Assembly (NCBI GenBank): GCA_964016885.1
Contig: OZ024740.1
Location: 126,356,001-126,420,000 of the forward strand
Length of the DNA stretch: 64,000 nt
Source of the DNA: Eledone cirrhosa
Lineage: Eukaryota
Direction: 5' to 3'
A program made the position numbers and the translations under genes. The notes below the pieces were generated by a model. That model did not search any database. It was not told the origin of the DNA and worked only from the letters and a program-made list of their open reading frames with translations. Positions 40,264 to 56,067 of the stretch are shown here, piece by piece (the first letter of the stretch is position 1; each line of letters begins with the position of its first letter).

Positions 40264-41357
40264 GCAGCGATACAATTACTTCAAAACGTATTACCATTTT
40301 CCTTCTCATAATAAAAAGAAATGCTTTAATTTACCGGACCTTAATCCTTCACCAGTAAATAGTAAATTATGCGGAGAAGGCTGGAAGGTTCATGTTAAGA
40401 AAAAGTTTATCAGACGTTGTGGCAGCCAAGTAGAGCTGTGTGGGAGTTTTTTGCAATGGTGGTTGCGGAATGTCTGAAGTGTGTGGGTGCGGTATAGTTG
40501 TGCGCTTGAGTACTGTAGTTATTTTCTGTATGTAGGTTGTGTGTGTGTGTGGGGGGGGTCTCTGTGTGTATCTGTTGTTTGGTCTACATTTAGCAAATAG
40601 TTGTAAAATATTGAATTGCGTATTTATCTATTTAATCAATGAAAAATAACTAGTCGGCGAATTTGCAAAGCGAATTTGCAGTACGAGTTGTTAGTGCATC
40701 CGATTAAACTTATTAGTATATTTGTTACGGTTGCACCTACACCTTCTACGGAGGAGATGGAATGCGTACATCACTATAAATGTTGTTACGTTGGTTTGTA
40801 TATATGTGTGAGGTGAGAGTGGTTTTGTAAGTTAAATCTTTGATAGATCTCAGCATGAAATTGAAATGACCATTACTTGATAACAATTTTTTTCAACACT
40901 GCAACAAATTTGCAATTCCTACGAAAAATTTGTAAAGTAGATATCTGTCATCTATTTCGGAAAATGAATCCCCTACTAGTAATTAAATTATAGTGAACGA
41001 GATTAAGTATTTCACAAACACGTGTATTCTTGAGTTAATTCGAAGGCAGAAACATGTGAAAAGATAATGACAAGTGAGATCTGTTGAATTAGAGTTACAG
41101 TCTAATACTCCCAACGGCGTGCTAACTAGTGTCCTTCTTCACAAACTCAATAAGCATGCTTAAGCCGAACTGAGACGATGTTAATATACATTTAGCCATT
41201 ATATCACACTGTGAGATCCAATACGGGTCCAATGATGATGAAGCGAGATTCTTAACCAAATCGTTATACCTAAGCAATCACGCACACATATATATGTGTG
41301 TGTCCGTGAGCGTACTCGTTTGCATTTGTATATTATATATATATCTATATATCTATC

Positions 41358-41419
<62 letters not shown>

Positions 41420-41452
41420 AGTATGCATATATATATATATATATTTGTATAT

Positions 41453-41496
<44 letters not shown>

Positions 41497-42203
41497 TATA
41501 TATGTGTGTGTGTGTTTGTGTGTGTGTGCTTGTATGTGTGTGTATGTGCGTGCATGGGTGTAGGTACGTGGGTGTTTGGGCGAAAAAAAGGAAGGTAAGT
41601 GTAATGAATACGTGTAATTGCGAAATGAGATTGAAAATGGGAAAATTATATTCAGCAGTGATGTACATTCCTACTTCGAAATTATATAACTGATTTGATT
41701 CAACTTTCAAAGAGACAGTATTACAAGTAAACATCTTTTATTTATTTTATGACTTTCATTTTCTGGCTACAGTCAATTCGATCGTCTTGTTTCCAAATGA
41801 ATATAACTAGAACTTTCACGTAATTAAAGTGTTATCTCTGGCTAATACCTCAGTACGGCTCTTATATTTTCTTTTCTTTTTCGAATCAGTCGAATGGAGG
41901 AAACGAAAATCTTTATTCTTTATCCAGCTGCACGCACATTTAGTTCGATGCTTTATGTTACTGAAGATGGTGTAATTAAAACACGCCATTTTGGCTGATA
42001 ACCAACGGTGATGAGAATAAAAATAATAACAACAGCAACTACAACAAAAACAACAGCACAACAATAATAAGAAGAATAATAGTAATGGCAATAATAAAAA
42101 ATAATGGCATTAGTAAAGGTAATATTAATAATAATGGCGGGGATCGTGGTGTCAGTGGTGGCGTGGACCAGGATAATGAAGATGATGACGATGATGATAA
42201 TGA

Positions 42204-42299
42204 CGAAGAAGGAGAAGAAGAAGAAGAAGAAGAAGAAGAAGAAGAAGAAGAAGAAGAAGAAGAAGAAGAAGAAGAAGAAGAAGAAGAAGAAGAAGAAGA
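42204..42299. repeat. (GAA)n trinucleotide repeat within a compound low-complexity tract
   Basis: Directly visible; produces the poly-E/K/F pseudo-ORFs. Confidence 0.95.
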
Positions 42300-42446
42300 T
42301 ATAGCAAAGGAAGGGGTTGATAGCCATAGCTATGGTGATGGTGATAATGTTAATAATAACAGTAATGACACGCGTAATAATACAAAACAAACGATGAGGT
42401 GGAGCATTAAAAGACAATAACAACATCAATGATAATAATAATAGCA

Positions 42447-42489
<43 letters not shown>

Positions 42490-42490
<1 letters not shown>

Positions 42491-42660
42491 TGTTTCTACT
42501 TTCGGCACAAGGCCAGCAACTAACCAGTACATTACTGGTACTTTGTTTTATCGACCTCGTAAGGATGAAAGGCAAAGTTAACCTTGGCGGGATTTGAACT
42601 CAGATCGTAAAGGGACGTAACTCTGCTCGAAAAAACCCTCTACCAATTCTGCCAATCCAC
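42490..42660 (-). mobile_element. tRNA-derived SINE (family 1) with (AAT)n tail
   Basis: Homologous to 889-1075. Confidence 0.8.
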
Positions 42661-43205
42661 AATAATAATAATAGTAAATCAAATACAAACACACAAATAA
42701 GGAGAAAAAAGAAATAAATCGGAAAAAAATAACGAACAAGAAGAAAAATAAAGAAGATAATGATGATGATGATGATGATGATGCTGATGTGATGTTGGCG
42801 AAGGTGGGGATGGTGATGACGATGATGGTGTTGGTGATGATGATGATGGCGAACATGATGAAGAGCTTGGTCATGATTGTTTGAAATAATAGAATAGCTT
42901 GATTATAATTAGTGCTTGGATTCTTAGAGAAAATATTCCCTAGTGTGCCTCTCTCAAAACAGAAATAGATGGTGCTAAGATGAACTGCGTTGTAGCTTGA
43001 ATAACAGAACATATCTAATTTATCTCTGTCGCTCTCTCTCTCTCTATATATATATATAGAGAGAGAGAGAGGGAGAAAGAGTGTATGTTTGTATGTATCT
43101 CTCTCTATATATATATATATAGAGAGAGAGAGATACATACACTCACACACACACATATATATATATATTCATATTTCTCCATCTCTCTCTATATATATAC
43201 ACACA

Positions 43206-43646
<441 letters not shown>

Positions 43647-43682
43647 CACTAAGCCATGCTCCTTCATATATATATATATATA

Positions 43683-44141
43683 TATAAAAGTAGCGAAACA
43701 AACGGTTAAATTAAAAAATGATTAAATAATCACCTGTTCAGATGCTGTTACCGACGGTTTCATCATTCCGAAAGATTGAAAATCCAACGAATTTCCAATG
43801 GAAAGAAAGGAATCTTCAGACAATTTTTTTTAGTGGCAATTCGACATGTTTATAATATCCAGCTTTTATCAGCGACCTGATTTGCGTGTGTGTCATTTTA
43901 ACGGCTTGACCGCATGCGTTGGGCAGGGAGCATAATATTTACTTGCTATTAGGCTAGATACCTTATGGCGTGGAAATAGGGCTGTCTGAAGATTCATTTC
44001 TTTACATTGGAAATTCGTTGGATTTTCAATCTTTCGGAATGATGAAACCGTCGGTAACAGCATCTGAACAGGTGATTGTTTAATCATTTTTTAATTTATT
44101 TATAAAATTGTTTAATAACCGTTTGTTTCGCTACTTTTATA
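43683..44141. mobile_element. Fold-back element (arms 43683-43822 / 43983-44141) with a hammerhead on each strand
   Basis: Reverse-complement arms around a ~160-bp spacer; left end in (TA)n. Confidence 0.85.
43981..44061 (+). ncRNA. Type I hammerhead ribozyme (mirror copy at 43744-43822, -)
   Basis: gctgt-CTGAAGA-ttcatt..aatgat-GAAA-ccgtcgg-TA-acagc. Confidence 0.85.
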
Positions 44142-44243
44142 TTGTTCTGGTATCTCGAATTAGTGCCATTGAACCACATGTATTATAAACAACTTGAATA
44201 TTTCTACAAGTACATTGTACCTGTTGAAGTATCCATCCACTTC

Positions 44244-44291
<48 letters not shown>

Positions 44292-44625
44292 ATACTTTGG
44301 GAGGGTCATGTTGCCAATAAGAAACACACGCACAAGAAAGGTTGCCAATTCTTTCCCGTCATTTTGGTGTTTGCATAATAATATGAGTCATGAATATTTA
44401 CGTCTGGCTATCGCAACTATCATTATTGCACCTATACTCCTTTATAGACTATCATATCGCCTTTCGAAAGATACATTCCCTTAAGTATTATGGTGGTTTA
44501 CATACACATCGAGAGAGAAAATTAGAGAATGAGAGTGAGAGACATTGTGTTTCGCGGCCTGTGACAGAAGAGGCGACGATGATAGCGAAATGGTAAAAGT
44601 ATATGTAAAAGTAAAAATAACAAAG

Positions 44626-44704
<79 letters not shown>

Positions 44705-44824
44705 GCAAAATAGATGTACACAGTTTTTACCTGTCCCGACATTAGTGTTACTCTATCCAGGTTACAGCCTAAGAAGTTAGATAAGCGTTGAACTGGCGTA
44801 TTTTTCAAGACACAAATATATATA

Positions 44825-45603
44825 GATCGTTAATATATCTCATATAAAATAATACAGCCAATTATCCACACAATACAATATAGTTAGCACTCCAAACGTT
44901 TAATAGGGAATATACTCCGGTATTTCCTAATGTTTGTTGAGTGAGTTGAAATTGGTCGGAGTATGGCTAATAGCTTTCTCCGTTTATGTAATTATGTAAT
45001 ACACTCTTGAATCACCAGAAATGAACTTTCCCGATATAAGGTATGATTCTCTTTGTTTATTTTTTTTATATGAATATTGATTGTTTGTTCCTGTATCTCA
45101 TATCTGTTATTTTGCCTGAGAAAATATATTTATATGTCCTTAAACAGTACACACATATATTTATTTTTTCATATCTGTTTGAGTTCTTCGCAGGAGGCTT
45201 GAATTCTTGTTAGAGTTCAATGACCTGCGTGTATATTATTGTTCACGGTAGCCTCCTCCTCCCTTTTTGGGGACAGTGTGAGATTTTATTACGAGCTACT
45301 GGACTTACAACCTAGCAGCTCTTTCTAGCACTGATAGAGATTATCGCTAAATAATGATGTTGATTTAGTTATTAATATTAATAATGCTTAGGCACCCACT
45401 GAAGATTTGTAAGAACCCACTTGCATAAGAATCCATCGATCTTACGCAAGTTTCTACATAACTTGGTATAATTTCACCCACGATGTAGAAATCTTACAAT
45501 GAAACGATTCATTTGGGAAATGAGATCTTTAATATATCTCATACAAAATAATACAGCCGATTATCCACACAATATAATATAGTTAGCATTCCAAACGTTT
45601 AAT
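44825..45603 (+). mobile_element. Non-coding unit-plus-a-bit element (~699-bp period) with an HHR just before the repeat (family D); inverted relative at ~13885-14040
   Basis: 44825-44904 repeats at 45524-45603. Confidence 0.65.
45395..45517 (+). ncRNA. Type I hammerhead with extended stem II
   Basis: ccca-CTGAAGA-tttgtaaga..tcttacaat-GAAA-cgattca-TT-tggg. Confidence 0.68.
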
Positions 45604-46178
45604 CTTACAATTAACCTGTTAATAATTTATTGACAGATTAATTGCATAAGTTTATTTTAAAAACTATCGGTTGAGTGGTTATTCGATTTGTGCTATCAAT
45701 ACAATTTTTTGTATGATATACACATACTGAATTCATTTGCCAAGATATGAGGAATTTCCCCTTGTGACTTACGCATGTGCGTTTACAAAGATCTGCGTCA
45801 CTCGCAAAGTTGGTTACTGAGCGAAATTACCTGTTGATAACATGCTATTCCTTGTTCGGTCTTTATGCTGAAAGCTTATAGTTTTAAGCATACAGTATTT
45901 TTGATTTAGGTGTCATAGAAACCCTGCATTTGGATTTTACTTTCTATTCCATTTGGGTACAGGTTTTTATCACTTTTTTGTTTGGCCTGTTTAGCCTGAT
46001 TTGTTTTTTGGCGTATGTGATTAATGCCTCCTTAACCACATTTCAGTTTGTATGGCGTTTTAACATATTATTTAGCTCTAGTTTTCTTAACTATTGAGCG
46101 CTTGTCAGCATTTCTACGATTTTGCGTTTCGTTTCGCTTTTTCTACCAGCCGAAATACGATTCTCGCTGAATTATATT

Positions 46179-46253
<75 letters not shown>

Positions 46254-46864
46254 TAAAAGGTAAATACCATTGGATTTGCACCTAGAGAATTTCCTCTAGG
46301 CGGAACAATGTTGTTTGTGGAAAACCAGCAGTGACACATGTATACCATTTTCCACCCTCCACGCCGCATATGTTTGTCGAAAGAATGAAAAACCGATACA
46401 GCTTGTCAACAGACGTCCAAACTCAAATCTACGGCTTAGTGGGCTAGAACAATATGAAGTAAAGTGGGACAGAACACACCACTCGGTCCTGGTATCAAAT
46501 TCAAAACCTCATGATTGTAAAACGAATAATCTACCCATTAAATGTTGCGCTTCCACAAACACACACACACACACACATACAACCCAAATACACAGCACAC
46601 AACACAAAATCAATATGGTGTATGAAAGAAGAACGTTGAGCTATGAAATAACAAATTAGTCACTGAAAATGTCACAGAATGTGTGACGAATGAGCTTCGA
46701 CAATAAATAATCAACCATCCAGGTATTAAATTGACCAACTGGAAATTTGTAATAAATGACGTTTTAATTAACAGGTGCGTGTGCTTTTATTGGCAGCAAT
46801 AAACAATATCTGTTTCAACACACGTTTTCAGATAAGAATTCTTTCAAAACAAAGACGAAACGAA

Positions 46865-46900
<36 letters not shown>

Positions 46901-47033
46901 GCATATACATACATAAATTACATACATATATACATATATACATATATACATATATACATACATAAACACATACACATACGCGCGCACACACACACACACA
47001 CACAGGCACATACACACACATACACACACACAT

Positions 47034-47069
<36 letters not shown>

Positions 47070-47599
47070 GTACACACACACACACACACACATACACACA
47101 CACAGACACACACATATATATATATATATATATAAAATCATCAATGGAGAAGAAATGAAATAAACGTGACCGAGAAATAATTAAAATGTATTTAGCGGCC
47201 CTGTGGCGTGATTTCATAATTTAACGTATTCACTTTTATATTTTTAAATATTTGTAAAACAAAATAACTAAGTTTAAATTATTCAGAATTATGTATTTAT
47301 TTTGCTATCAAGCTTGTTTTCATGAATAATTTTTAGCTATTACTAAACTTACTAACAGATGGTACATTTGATAGAGGAACAACATAACAAAAAAAACAAA
47401 ACATTTTCTTATATAGTCTTGAGTTATAGAATTTTAACTAAACAGCTGCTGGTCATAAATGTGCTGTTTGAATCTCTCATTAATAATCTAATTGTTTATA
47501 CAAATAACTTATGGACTGAGTTGTGTAGGAATTATTTCCTATGATGAATGCAAACTAGAAATCGATGTGGATTTAAAAATAAAAAAATTAATACATATA

Positions 47600-49420
47600 A
47601 GTAATAAAAGAGAAGGATACGAATTAATTTAAATGTGATCAATGTCGCATTAAGACAAGTTGATTGACTTGGGGAAACAGCAACTTAGTAGCGAATTTGG
47701 ATATCCTGGTATAAACTAATTTTTCTGAAGACATACAAATGGAATTCGGTTAATCAAAATGTTCAGTTCTAATTACTGAAGAGGAACATTCTTGAGAAAT
47801 GATAATGACAAGGTGAAAGATGTAGAAGTCATGAAATTCATTGAATGCTATGCAGGATACAAATACATAGATATATTTGAAGATTAAGCATAGTGAAATT
47901 AAAATGCCATTAGTAAAGAAGCCGTCAGGGGTGTTCGAAAGAATTTGAGGTTTACATCGAATAGAAGAAAATAAGATAGCTATAGTTGTTTCTACTTTTA
48001 GCACAAGACCAGCAACTATCCCAGTGCATTACTGGTACTTTATTTTATCGACCCCGTAAGGATGAAAGTCAAAGTTAACCTCGTCGGGATTTGAACTTGA
48101 GACCGTAAAGGGATGTAACTCTATGCTGCAAAGTATGGCATCCGACCCTCTACCGATACTGCCTAGATTGACTTCTGGACTTAAATAATGTGATATATTG
48201 GTTTTGTAAGAATAAAGGTGCGTTACATGGAAGCTACAGTATTGCCTTAAGAAGAAATGATGCAGAAAATAGATTATTATGGCTGTTGCTGCGATCAATT
48301 TGGAATGGGAAGAACAAGATGCAAAGGAATGACATATGGGCGATTGAATTATTCAGATATGGTGCTGGTGTTCTTAACTGGCGAAAATAAGAATTGCAAT
48401 TACTGGACAGGAAGATATGAACGTTCCTCACAATACATGGTACATCTCACTCCAAACACCATGTTGATTGGTTGTACTTATCCAGAAAAATATGTGAAAG
48501 TGGATTGATAAACTGAAGTTTGCAAAAGCTCAGACGAAAACGGTCTGGGAAGGAACAAACGCATGCAACTGAACCTCTCTTGAATGGGTTTAAAAATGTG
48601 ATATAACTGGTACATATAACAGTGAAAAAAAAAAGTAATTCTAAAGAGGAAACAGTGAGGAACAGGAGAGTAGATGAAAGGTAAATGAGATTCATTGACA
48701 ATTTGGAACAGATGGGGGCAGAAAAAGCTGATATGTAAAGGTCGTGGTAGTGGATGACACACGGTAGCTTGTAATCAGAATCTGAAGCACTGAATCGTGC
48801 ACGTGTACAAGAACCCAAGACAAAGTATATGGAGTTTAATACAGATATTACGATTGGTAGAAATGAGAGCAGGATATGTGGTGCAAAAGGAAAAATGGTG
48901 TGGCTTATTGTTAGTGAATGTACGAAGCACCGTGGAGAGAATATAAGGTCAACAAGACAATGACATAACACAAATCATACATTTGGAATAATTTTGGAGG
49001 TACTAATTTGAGAGAGCAGAGGCATCGTTTGGGCACACTATGGAAGGGTTGATTAAAAATAACACATACAAAATCTTATGGAATGACATGGTTCAATGTG
49101 GCCATGAATTTCCCCACAGGAGACCGAACATTCTTTTAAATAAATATGGAAGAGAGAATCTACATATGTATAAATATTACGTGCCCTGGAGAAAACCAAG
49201 TGTCAAGAAAGAAGGAACCAAGCTTAAACACTATTACAACTTAAACGGGTTATTATACAAGTTGTGAAGTATGACGTAAGTGGAAGTTATTCTCATTATT
49301 GTAGGTGATGTGAGTAGTATAAATGAATACAGAAAATTGGACTTAATTGGAAGATTGAACATCTACAAAAAAACAGCACTCTTTTGGAATGTTCGAATAG
49401 CTCGTAGAGTCCTCGAATCA
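47600..49420 (+). mobile_element. Heavily decayed R4/Dong-like non-LTR retrotransposon (RT tail + restriction-like endonuclease), interrupted by a family 1 SINE at ~47985-48165
   Basis: FRYGAGVLNW; EGLIKNNTYKILWNDMVQCGHEFPHRRPNILL (cf. EN..KILWDF.IQTD..I.HRRPDIV); terminal LQKTAL....RIARRVL. The left boundary is uncertain. Confidence 0.68.
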
Positions 49421-49975
49421 TGAATGGAGTTAGTACTTGGAAAATTCGCTATGTTACACGTGATAATAATAAAATAGATATGCAAAATTCTTCTTTAGTT
49501 CACTCTCATGAATTACTGTCTATATATATTATTATAGCTGGTTTTCAATTTTCACTGCGGAAGTGAAAGATGAAAATATTGTAATTTTATGAACAGCGCT
49601 CGCTTAGCTAATTAGTATGAGTCAAATGGCAACTACGCTGATACTGGTAAAGCAATATCTATATTGATGTGACAACAAAATTGGCGTACGTGAGCGAATG
49701 GACAATAAGAAACACAAATTAGGTGCACGCTGTTCCAACGTACGCAATGATATGTTGCAACAGCAAATAGGATATCTCTATATGGATAAATTAAATCAAG
49801 TCTATCTAAACGTTTTCGCTGAGAACTTGCACATGTACAGCAGTGAAGTTATATTAAGGTAATTAAGGGATGACTTATATAAATGTCCAATTAGTGATAC
49901 ACAGGTAAGATATAATTTCATAAAATGTATGCACGAGCGCACAGTTATATATGTATATGTATATATGAATGTTTA

Positions 49976-50030
<55 letters not shown>

Positions 50031-50070
50031 CAACACAAACGTATATATATATATGTATATATATATATAA

Positions 50071-50183
<113 letters not shown>

Positions 50184-51589
50184 CGCGCGTATATGTGTGT
50201 AATAAGCGTGCATGTTCACTTTCATTTTCCATCGAATTTTCACAAAATTTGTCACTGAGATCTAGATCAATCCTAGAATTCGCCACGGAGAAGGCAATCC
50301 TCTGTCAGGTCTTGTTTTACAATAAAATGAAGTGGATTAAAGAAGAATAATATAGAAAGAATGAAAGCTCTCGGAGTGGGTGTGGAAAAACCATGGATTT
50401 GTGGAGGCACATGCTAAAATTTGTGTTCAATGCATTGGTATATGTGTTTTCTATTCAGATATTCATTACTGAATTAATTATAGCAACGATGAGGGGCAAT
50501 TAAGCAAATTCGACAGGCCGTATCATAAGTCATAATTTGCGATTGATTGAAAAATCGTTCGATTACAGTTCTCTTTGTTGAAAGACATAGAATGTTACTT
50601 ATAAAAACCTTTTTCATGCTTTGTTGTACGAACTTGACTTCCCAATGTGCGGCATGACTCCATTTAGGTGGTTATTGTGGGCTGTAAAGCTGAAAGACGA
50701 CGGGAGAATGTGGAGCACGGTTTATAATGTAATGGGTTCTTATTCGCGGTAGATAATAATAACTCTTCAACAGTTGTAGAGATATTCTTTTAACTACCCG
50801 TTGGCCATTTAATAATATGAATCTTCAAAATAAGAAAATTACACAGATAAATGCTACATATATCAAACTAGAATCGATTTACTATTCATCAATGTTGAAA
50901 CGTAAATAAGACCGTTATTTCTCCGATGAATCCACAAAACACTTAGCAAACACCTTAAACCGAACGCCTACCTAACTCCAGTTAAAACAGCCGGCAACCC
51001 ACCCACCACATTCGGCAAAATGAACGTAGACCGCTCACCTTCTCAAACTCGACAAACCGAACAGGATCTCAACAGACACAAAATGGGTTAGACAGAGAAA
51101 TAAGGAGAGAGAGTTATACATCTGTAGTATATATGTATTAGATATATATGATGATTTCTAGTGAAGAGTTGTTGGTGGGATCACATAGTGGGGAGGGAGC
51201 TGAGGAAGTAGATACATGCGTGCATGGTGCATTAGTGTGTGCATAAAAGAGAAAGTCGTATGTGCTGTGAGATCCATGAGTCCAATAGAGCGGATAGAAA
51301 TGAATGGGAATAAGATTCTAAGGTGTATGAGTGTGTATGAGGTATATATGTGTGAGGTGTTTTATATGCGTGTGTTGTGTTAACAAGTGTATGTATTGGT
51401 GATGTGGTTGAAGTTGTGTCTGTGTGCACGGATGAATGGATGTTACAGAAACGGAAATGAGAATTAGAGAAACTTCGCTGGTGAGTTGAGGCCATTCGTG
51501 AAATTGGTTCCAATGCGGTACAATATATATAAACATAGGTATTTGATACACGGTATTAGTTTCTTAGAATATCCTAATTATGTTACATA

Positions 51590-51659
<70 letters not shown>

Positions 51660-51667
51660 TCTCCCTC

Positions 51668-51721
<54 letters not shown>

Positions 51722-51819
51722 TCTCTCTCACTCTCTCTCTCAAACACATAAGCACACACTCTTACACCTACAAACACACACATGAATGTGTATATATATA
51801 TATATAAATATATATATAT

Positions 51820-52494
51820 ATTGTTATGCTTTGGGAGGGTCATGTTGCCAATAAGAAACACACGCACCAGTTGCTTTCATTCCAATTTAATATAAATTAA
51901 ATTCATAAATTAAGACATTTATAAATTTCCGGTTCGCTTGTTGGTTCCAAAACCGGATGTATGTGCATATATTGTCAAAGTTCTTTCGTCATACATTATG
52001 TGACCTCTTCAGTGACTGGAGATTATTTTCTTTGTTTTGTGTCTCTCCTTTGTTCTGTCCTACGCCATCTTGTTTTTGTGTGTGCTGTGTGCTTAGTTTG
52101 CGCATGTGTTACAGCCGGGTGTCTGTGTGTGTTTTTATTTGTTTATTTATTTGTTTATTTACATGTTACTGGTTGGTTGTTTGTTCTATGTGTGTGTGTG
52201 TTATCATTTTGTCCTTAATTGTAAGTTGTGATCTTGCTATTTTATTCAATTTTGATGATCATACGCCCCTTGATCATTGAAACGTCCCCAGATGTGACAG
52301 CACGGAAGACCTCCTCAGTAGAATCATCGAAAATAACCGATCTAGGGACCTGACAGACTGTATAATAGGTAGCATGGATGTTGTGTCCCTATATCCATCC
52401 ATTGACGTGGATTTTGGTTTGGAGAAATGCGTAGAAATGATCAGAGACAGCAATGTTGAATTCCGTGGGATTGATACCAGTGAGCTGGGACTCC
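51820..52494 (-). mobile_element. PLE 3' end (pseudo-LTR, -) joined to an inverted PLE RT fragment (52275-52494, +)
   Basis: Terminus family of 24326-24883; RT piece CDSTEDLLSRI..IIGSMDVVSLYPSIDV. Confidence 0.78.
51974..52016 (-). ncRNA. Minimal type I hammerhead ribozyme
   Basis: gtca-CTGAAGA-ggtcaca taatg tatgac-GAAA-gaac-TT-tgac. Confidence 0.8.
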
Positions 52495-53110
52495 TACGTA
52501 CATACATATATGCATACAGACGTACAGTAGTATGTATATATATACATACATGCACACATACATATATGTACGTATGGATTTACCGAACATTTATTATAAT
52601 GCTCGGTTTGTTTGTAAATACATACTACTTATATTTAAGTAACAGCCGTACTAAGAGTGAGAAATGAAATTTCGTTTCATTTATCCCATTTAACGTTTTC
52701 GGTGCGCCTCACTCGATATGAAAATTAGGCTACTCAGCCGTTAATATGCATAAGGAAAGTATATACTTTCAGACGTTCAATCATCTGGCAGGATGGTATA
52801 CGGTGCTGACTGTAGCTAATAAGCTTGAAACTAGTACATCGTTCCTTTGTCAGTGTTTAACAAAAGGGAAACGATGGTTGCTAGACACTGCGGCTTTATA
52901 CGGGATGTTTGTTTACAAACACACCGAGCATTATAATAAATGTTCGGTAAATGCATACGTACATATATATATATATATGTGTGCATGTATGTATATATAT
53001 ACACACTACTGTACGTCTGTACACATATATGTATGTACGTATACATACTTATATTTAAGTAACAGTCGTACTAAGAGTGAGAAATGTAATTTCGTTTCAT
53101 TTTTTCCATT

Positions 53111-53111
<1 letters not shown>
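52495..53111 (+). mobile_element. Second insertion of retrozyme-like family B: inverted arm (52495-52620) + ~420-bp unit + ~65-bp overlap; HHR decayed (52800-52842)
   Basis: Homologous to 36600-37360 but starts and ends at different points of the unit. Confidence 0.83.
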
Positions 53112-53193
<82 letters not shown>

Positions 53194-53325
53194 CGAAGGA
53201 AATGTGGTAAGGAACCAGGTGGACCATAACGCACCAAAGTACTCAATACTTGAGGTAGTAGAGTGGGTAATAGGAACCAGTAAGACCCCGACAGCTGAGC
53301 TCAAGCCGTCGGGGTCTTACTGGTT

Positions 53326-53401
<76 letters not shown>

Positions 53402-53410
53402 ATATAATAT

Positions 53411-53467
<57 letters not shown>

Positions 53468-53469
53468 CA

Positions 53470-53528
<59 letters not shown>

Positions 53529-53531
<3 letters not shown>

Positions 53532-53932
53532 AACGTGTAGGACCTCGACGGCTGACTTCAAGCCGTTTCGACGGCTAATTCTGGACTAAATGAAAATGTT
53601 CATTTAGTCCAGAATTAGCCGTCGAAACGGCTTGAGCTCAGCCGTCGGGGTGCTACTCGTTCCTATTACCCACTCTGCTACCCTAAGTATTGAGTACTCT
53701 ACTACCCTAAGTATTGAGTAGTTTCGTGGCATATTATGCAAAAACACTACATCACAGAGATATAGAATTTGTATCACGTGATTGACTCCCCCTCCGCCTT
53801 TCGGGATTCTATCTCACGTCCTACAGACGTGTTTTCAAACTCTTAATGAGGTATCTTCTTGATAAGTCGGCAGACCTCACACAAATTCTATATCTCTGTG
53901 ATGAAGTGTTTTTGCATAATATGCCACGAAAC
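53529..53932. repeat. Two adjacent fold-backs (53529-53664; 53721-53772 / 53881-53932)
   Basis: Reverse-complement arms; the second has a decayed HHR-like GTGATGA..cacGAAAcaacgTA. Confidence 0.75.
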
Positions 53933-54100
53933 AACGTAATCGAGGAGTAAACAAGGAGTTTAGGTATGGTATATCTTATTATTAATTATATCTAATGTTT
54001 CTTCTTTCTTCATAATGTATTATATAGCTCCGATACTGAATCAATCTAATCCATTCGGATTATTTTGTCCCAGTTATTCATAGAGCAACAATGGTTGAGC

Positions 54101-54208
54101 TTGGTACCACTAATTCAAGATATATGTGGATATATTCATGTATATGTATATATATACATGAATATACATATACATGAATATATCCACATATATCTTGAAT
54201 TAGTGGTA

Positions 54209-54212
<4 letters not shown>
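54101..54212. repeat. Short palindrome abutting (TA)n
   Basis: ttggtaccactaattcaagatatatgtggatatattcatg / catgaatatatccacatatatcttgaattagtggtaccaa. Confidence 0.88.
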
Positions 54213-54300
<88 letters not shown>

Positions 54301-55999
54301 GAGTTGGAGGACAAAATCTAGATAGTGAGACAGACGCACACACAGACATTGAATTTTATATATGGTAAGATTGTGCGTGTGAATGTGTCTGTGTATGCGT
54401 GCGTGGGATGATGAGTATACTTAAATCTGTTTATAATAATTATTTGGATGTTTGCGTTTCTGTATGGTGGTTACATTCCCAATGGTTTAAATCAGACATA
54501 TAGAACTTATCCACGATACGTTTTGTTCATTTACCGTTAATTTATCCTTATTTATAAATAGACGATGGTCTTTAAATGGTCCGACAAATTTTAATCACTA
54601 TTAAATTTAATGTTATTCACAGCTTGGGAATTGCGTCTGAAGCGTTGCTTCACTTATTTGTTTATGTGTCCTGTTTTACTGTATATGTAATGTTTAAATT
54701 CGTATGTAGAAATAACATGAGTAATCATAATTGCCTTCTGTAGTTCAGCGTTTCCATAATACATTGCATTGCCTTCATATAACTGTTAATGTCTTACAAC
54801 CGAATATGGACGCGGATACTTCTTTCGCCCTTTCTTTATTATAATGTTCGTGTGCCTATACGTATGCCTGTATTTATGGATGTATATATGCATAAAATTC
54901 GCAGAAAATTACAGAAATATTATGTAATTTTCGGTGGAGTGATATAGTTATAAGCGACTAAGATGGGTGTTTATGAGGCATGTGTCATTGTAACGTTTCC
55001 TTACGCATGTGAATAAGGAAATCTCTCCCAAATCACAGTGAATATTAAGGCACGTCTAATAACTTGCTGGAGAGCAGATTACATTAAAAGCCACACGAGA
55101 ACAAATAACAGGGAAGAAGTACACCAGTTTAAGATGGAGACTTAGCTCTTAAATTATAGTCATATTAGTCAACGACACGACAGCCAATCTGTTTGAAATG
55201 ACTTTAGTTATTTTGAATTATGAACTGTAAAACCAGCAGTGGTGGTGTAAAACACATACACACACATACACAGATACGCGCGCACATGCACGATTACATG
55301 CAGGAATAGATAGTTTATATATTTGATAACATCCTCGTACAGATTATCATCCCTTTTCACCCAACATTCAAAAGAGATTTGAAATTGTGGTGTGATTTGA
55401 CGAATGTCTAGACGGTAGTAATTGACATTTGTACGAAAAAGTACAAACACAAGAATAGAAAACAAGTGTTGGTAAAACAGTTCATACAACCTGAAATGGG
55501 GTGTAAAATAATTAAGGTAATTTCATATTAAATCGAAGAAATAGACTTGCGATGACTCGAAAGTTGATTACTCTTGAAGAGCCAATGTTAATATAATACA
55601 CTTGTAAATCTTTTCTAATTCCTTTTTGACGACTCGGCTCTTTAAAGGAAAAAGTTACTCCGAATCCGAAAAACCTATAATTTATAGAGCAAATATCGAT
55701 ACAATAGCGTAACTTTTTTCTATATTTCTTTAGGGTATTGTTTTTGTTTGTTTTATAATATAGGATAATTTTAAATTACGTTGAACTACAATTTAAACAT
55801 CATTGGGAAAAGAAGTGTGTTCTTTGCATCCTGTGAGAGCTTGCATTTATATGTTTTAAGGCTATGTCCTGTTTACACTTCTGTCCACATTGAGAGCTGT
55901 AGTTAGACGCTATTTGTGTAATTATATCGAACCTGAACTCGGGATATTAATTGGAATGTTGCAAAGAAAAAAAGAGAGAGATAGAGAGAGAGAGAAAGA

Positions 56000-56062
<63 letters not shown>

Positions 56063-56067
56063 AGCGT

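Noticed and set aside
40400-41150. Old PLE RT remnant (also a GIY-YIG-tail-like RIGTNFTNGLN at ~51480-51520, minus strand)
   Set aside because: Only one short motif each; too decayed to annotate without alignment.
42085-42420. Acidic poly-E/D ORF
   Set aside because: Derived from (GAA)n/(GAT)n/(AAT)n low-complexity DNA; no domain or splice support.
55208-55500. Possible host exon (minus strand, acceptor-like tttcag)
   Set aside because: No recognisable protein motif, no clear donor and no partner exons.
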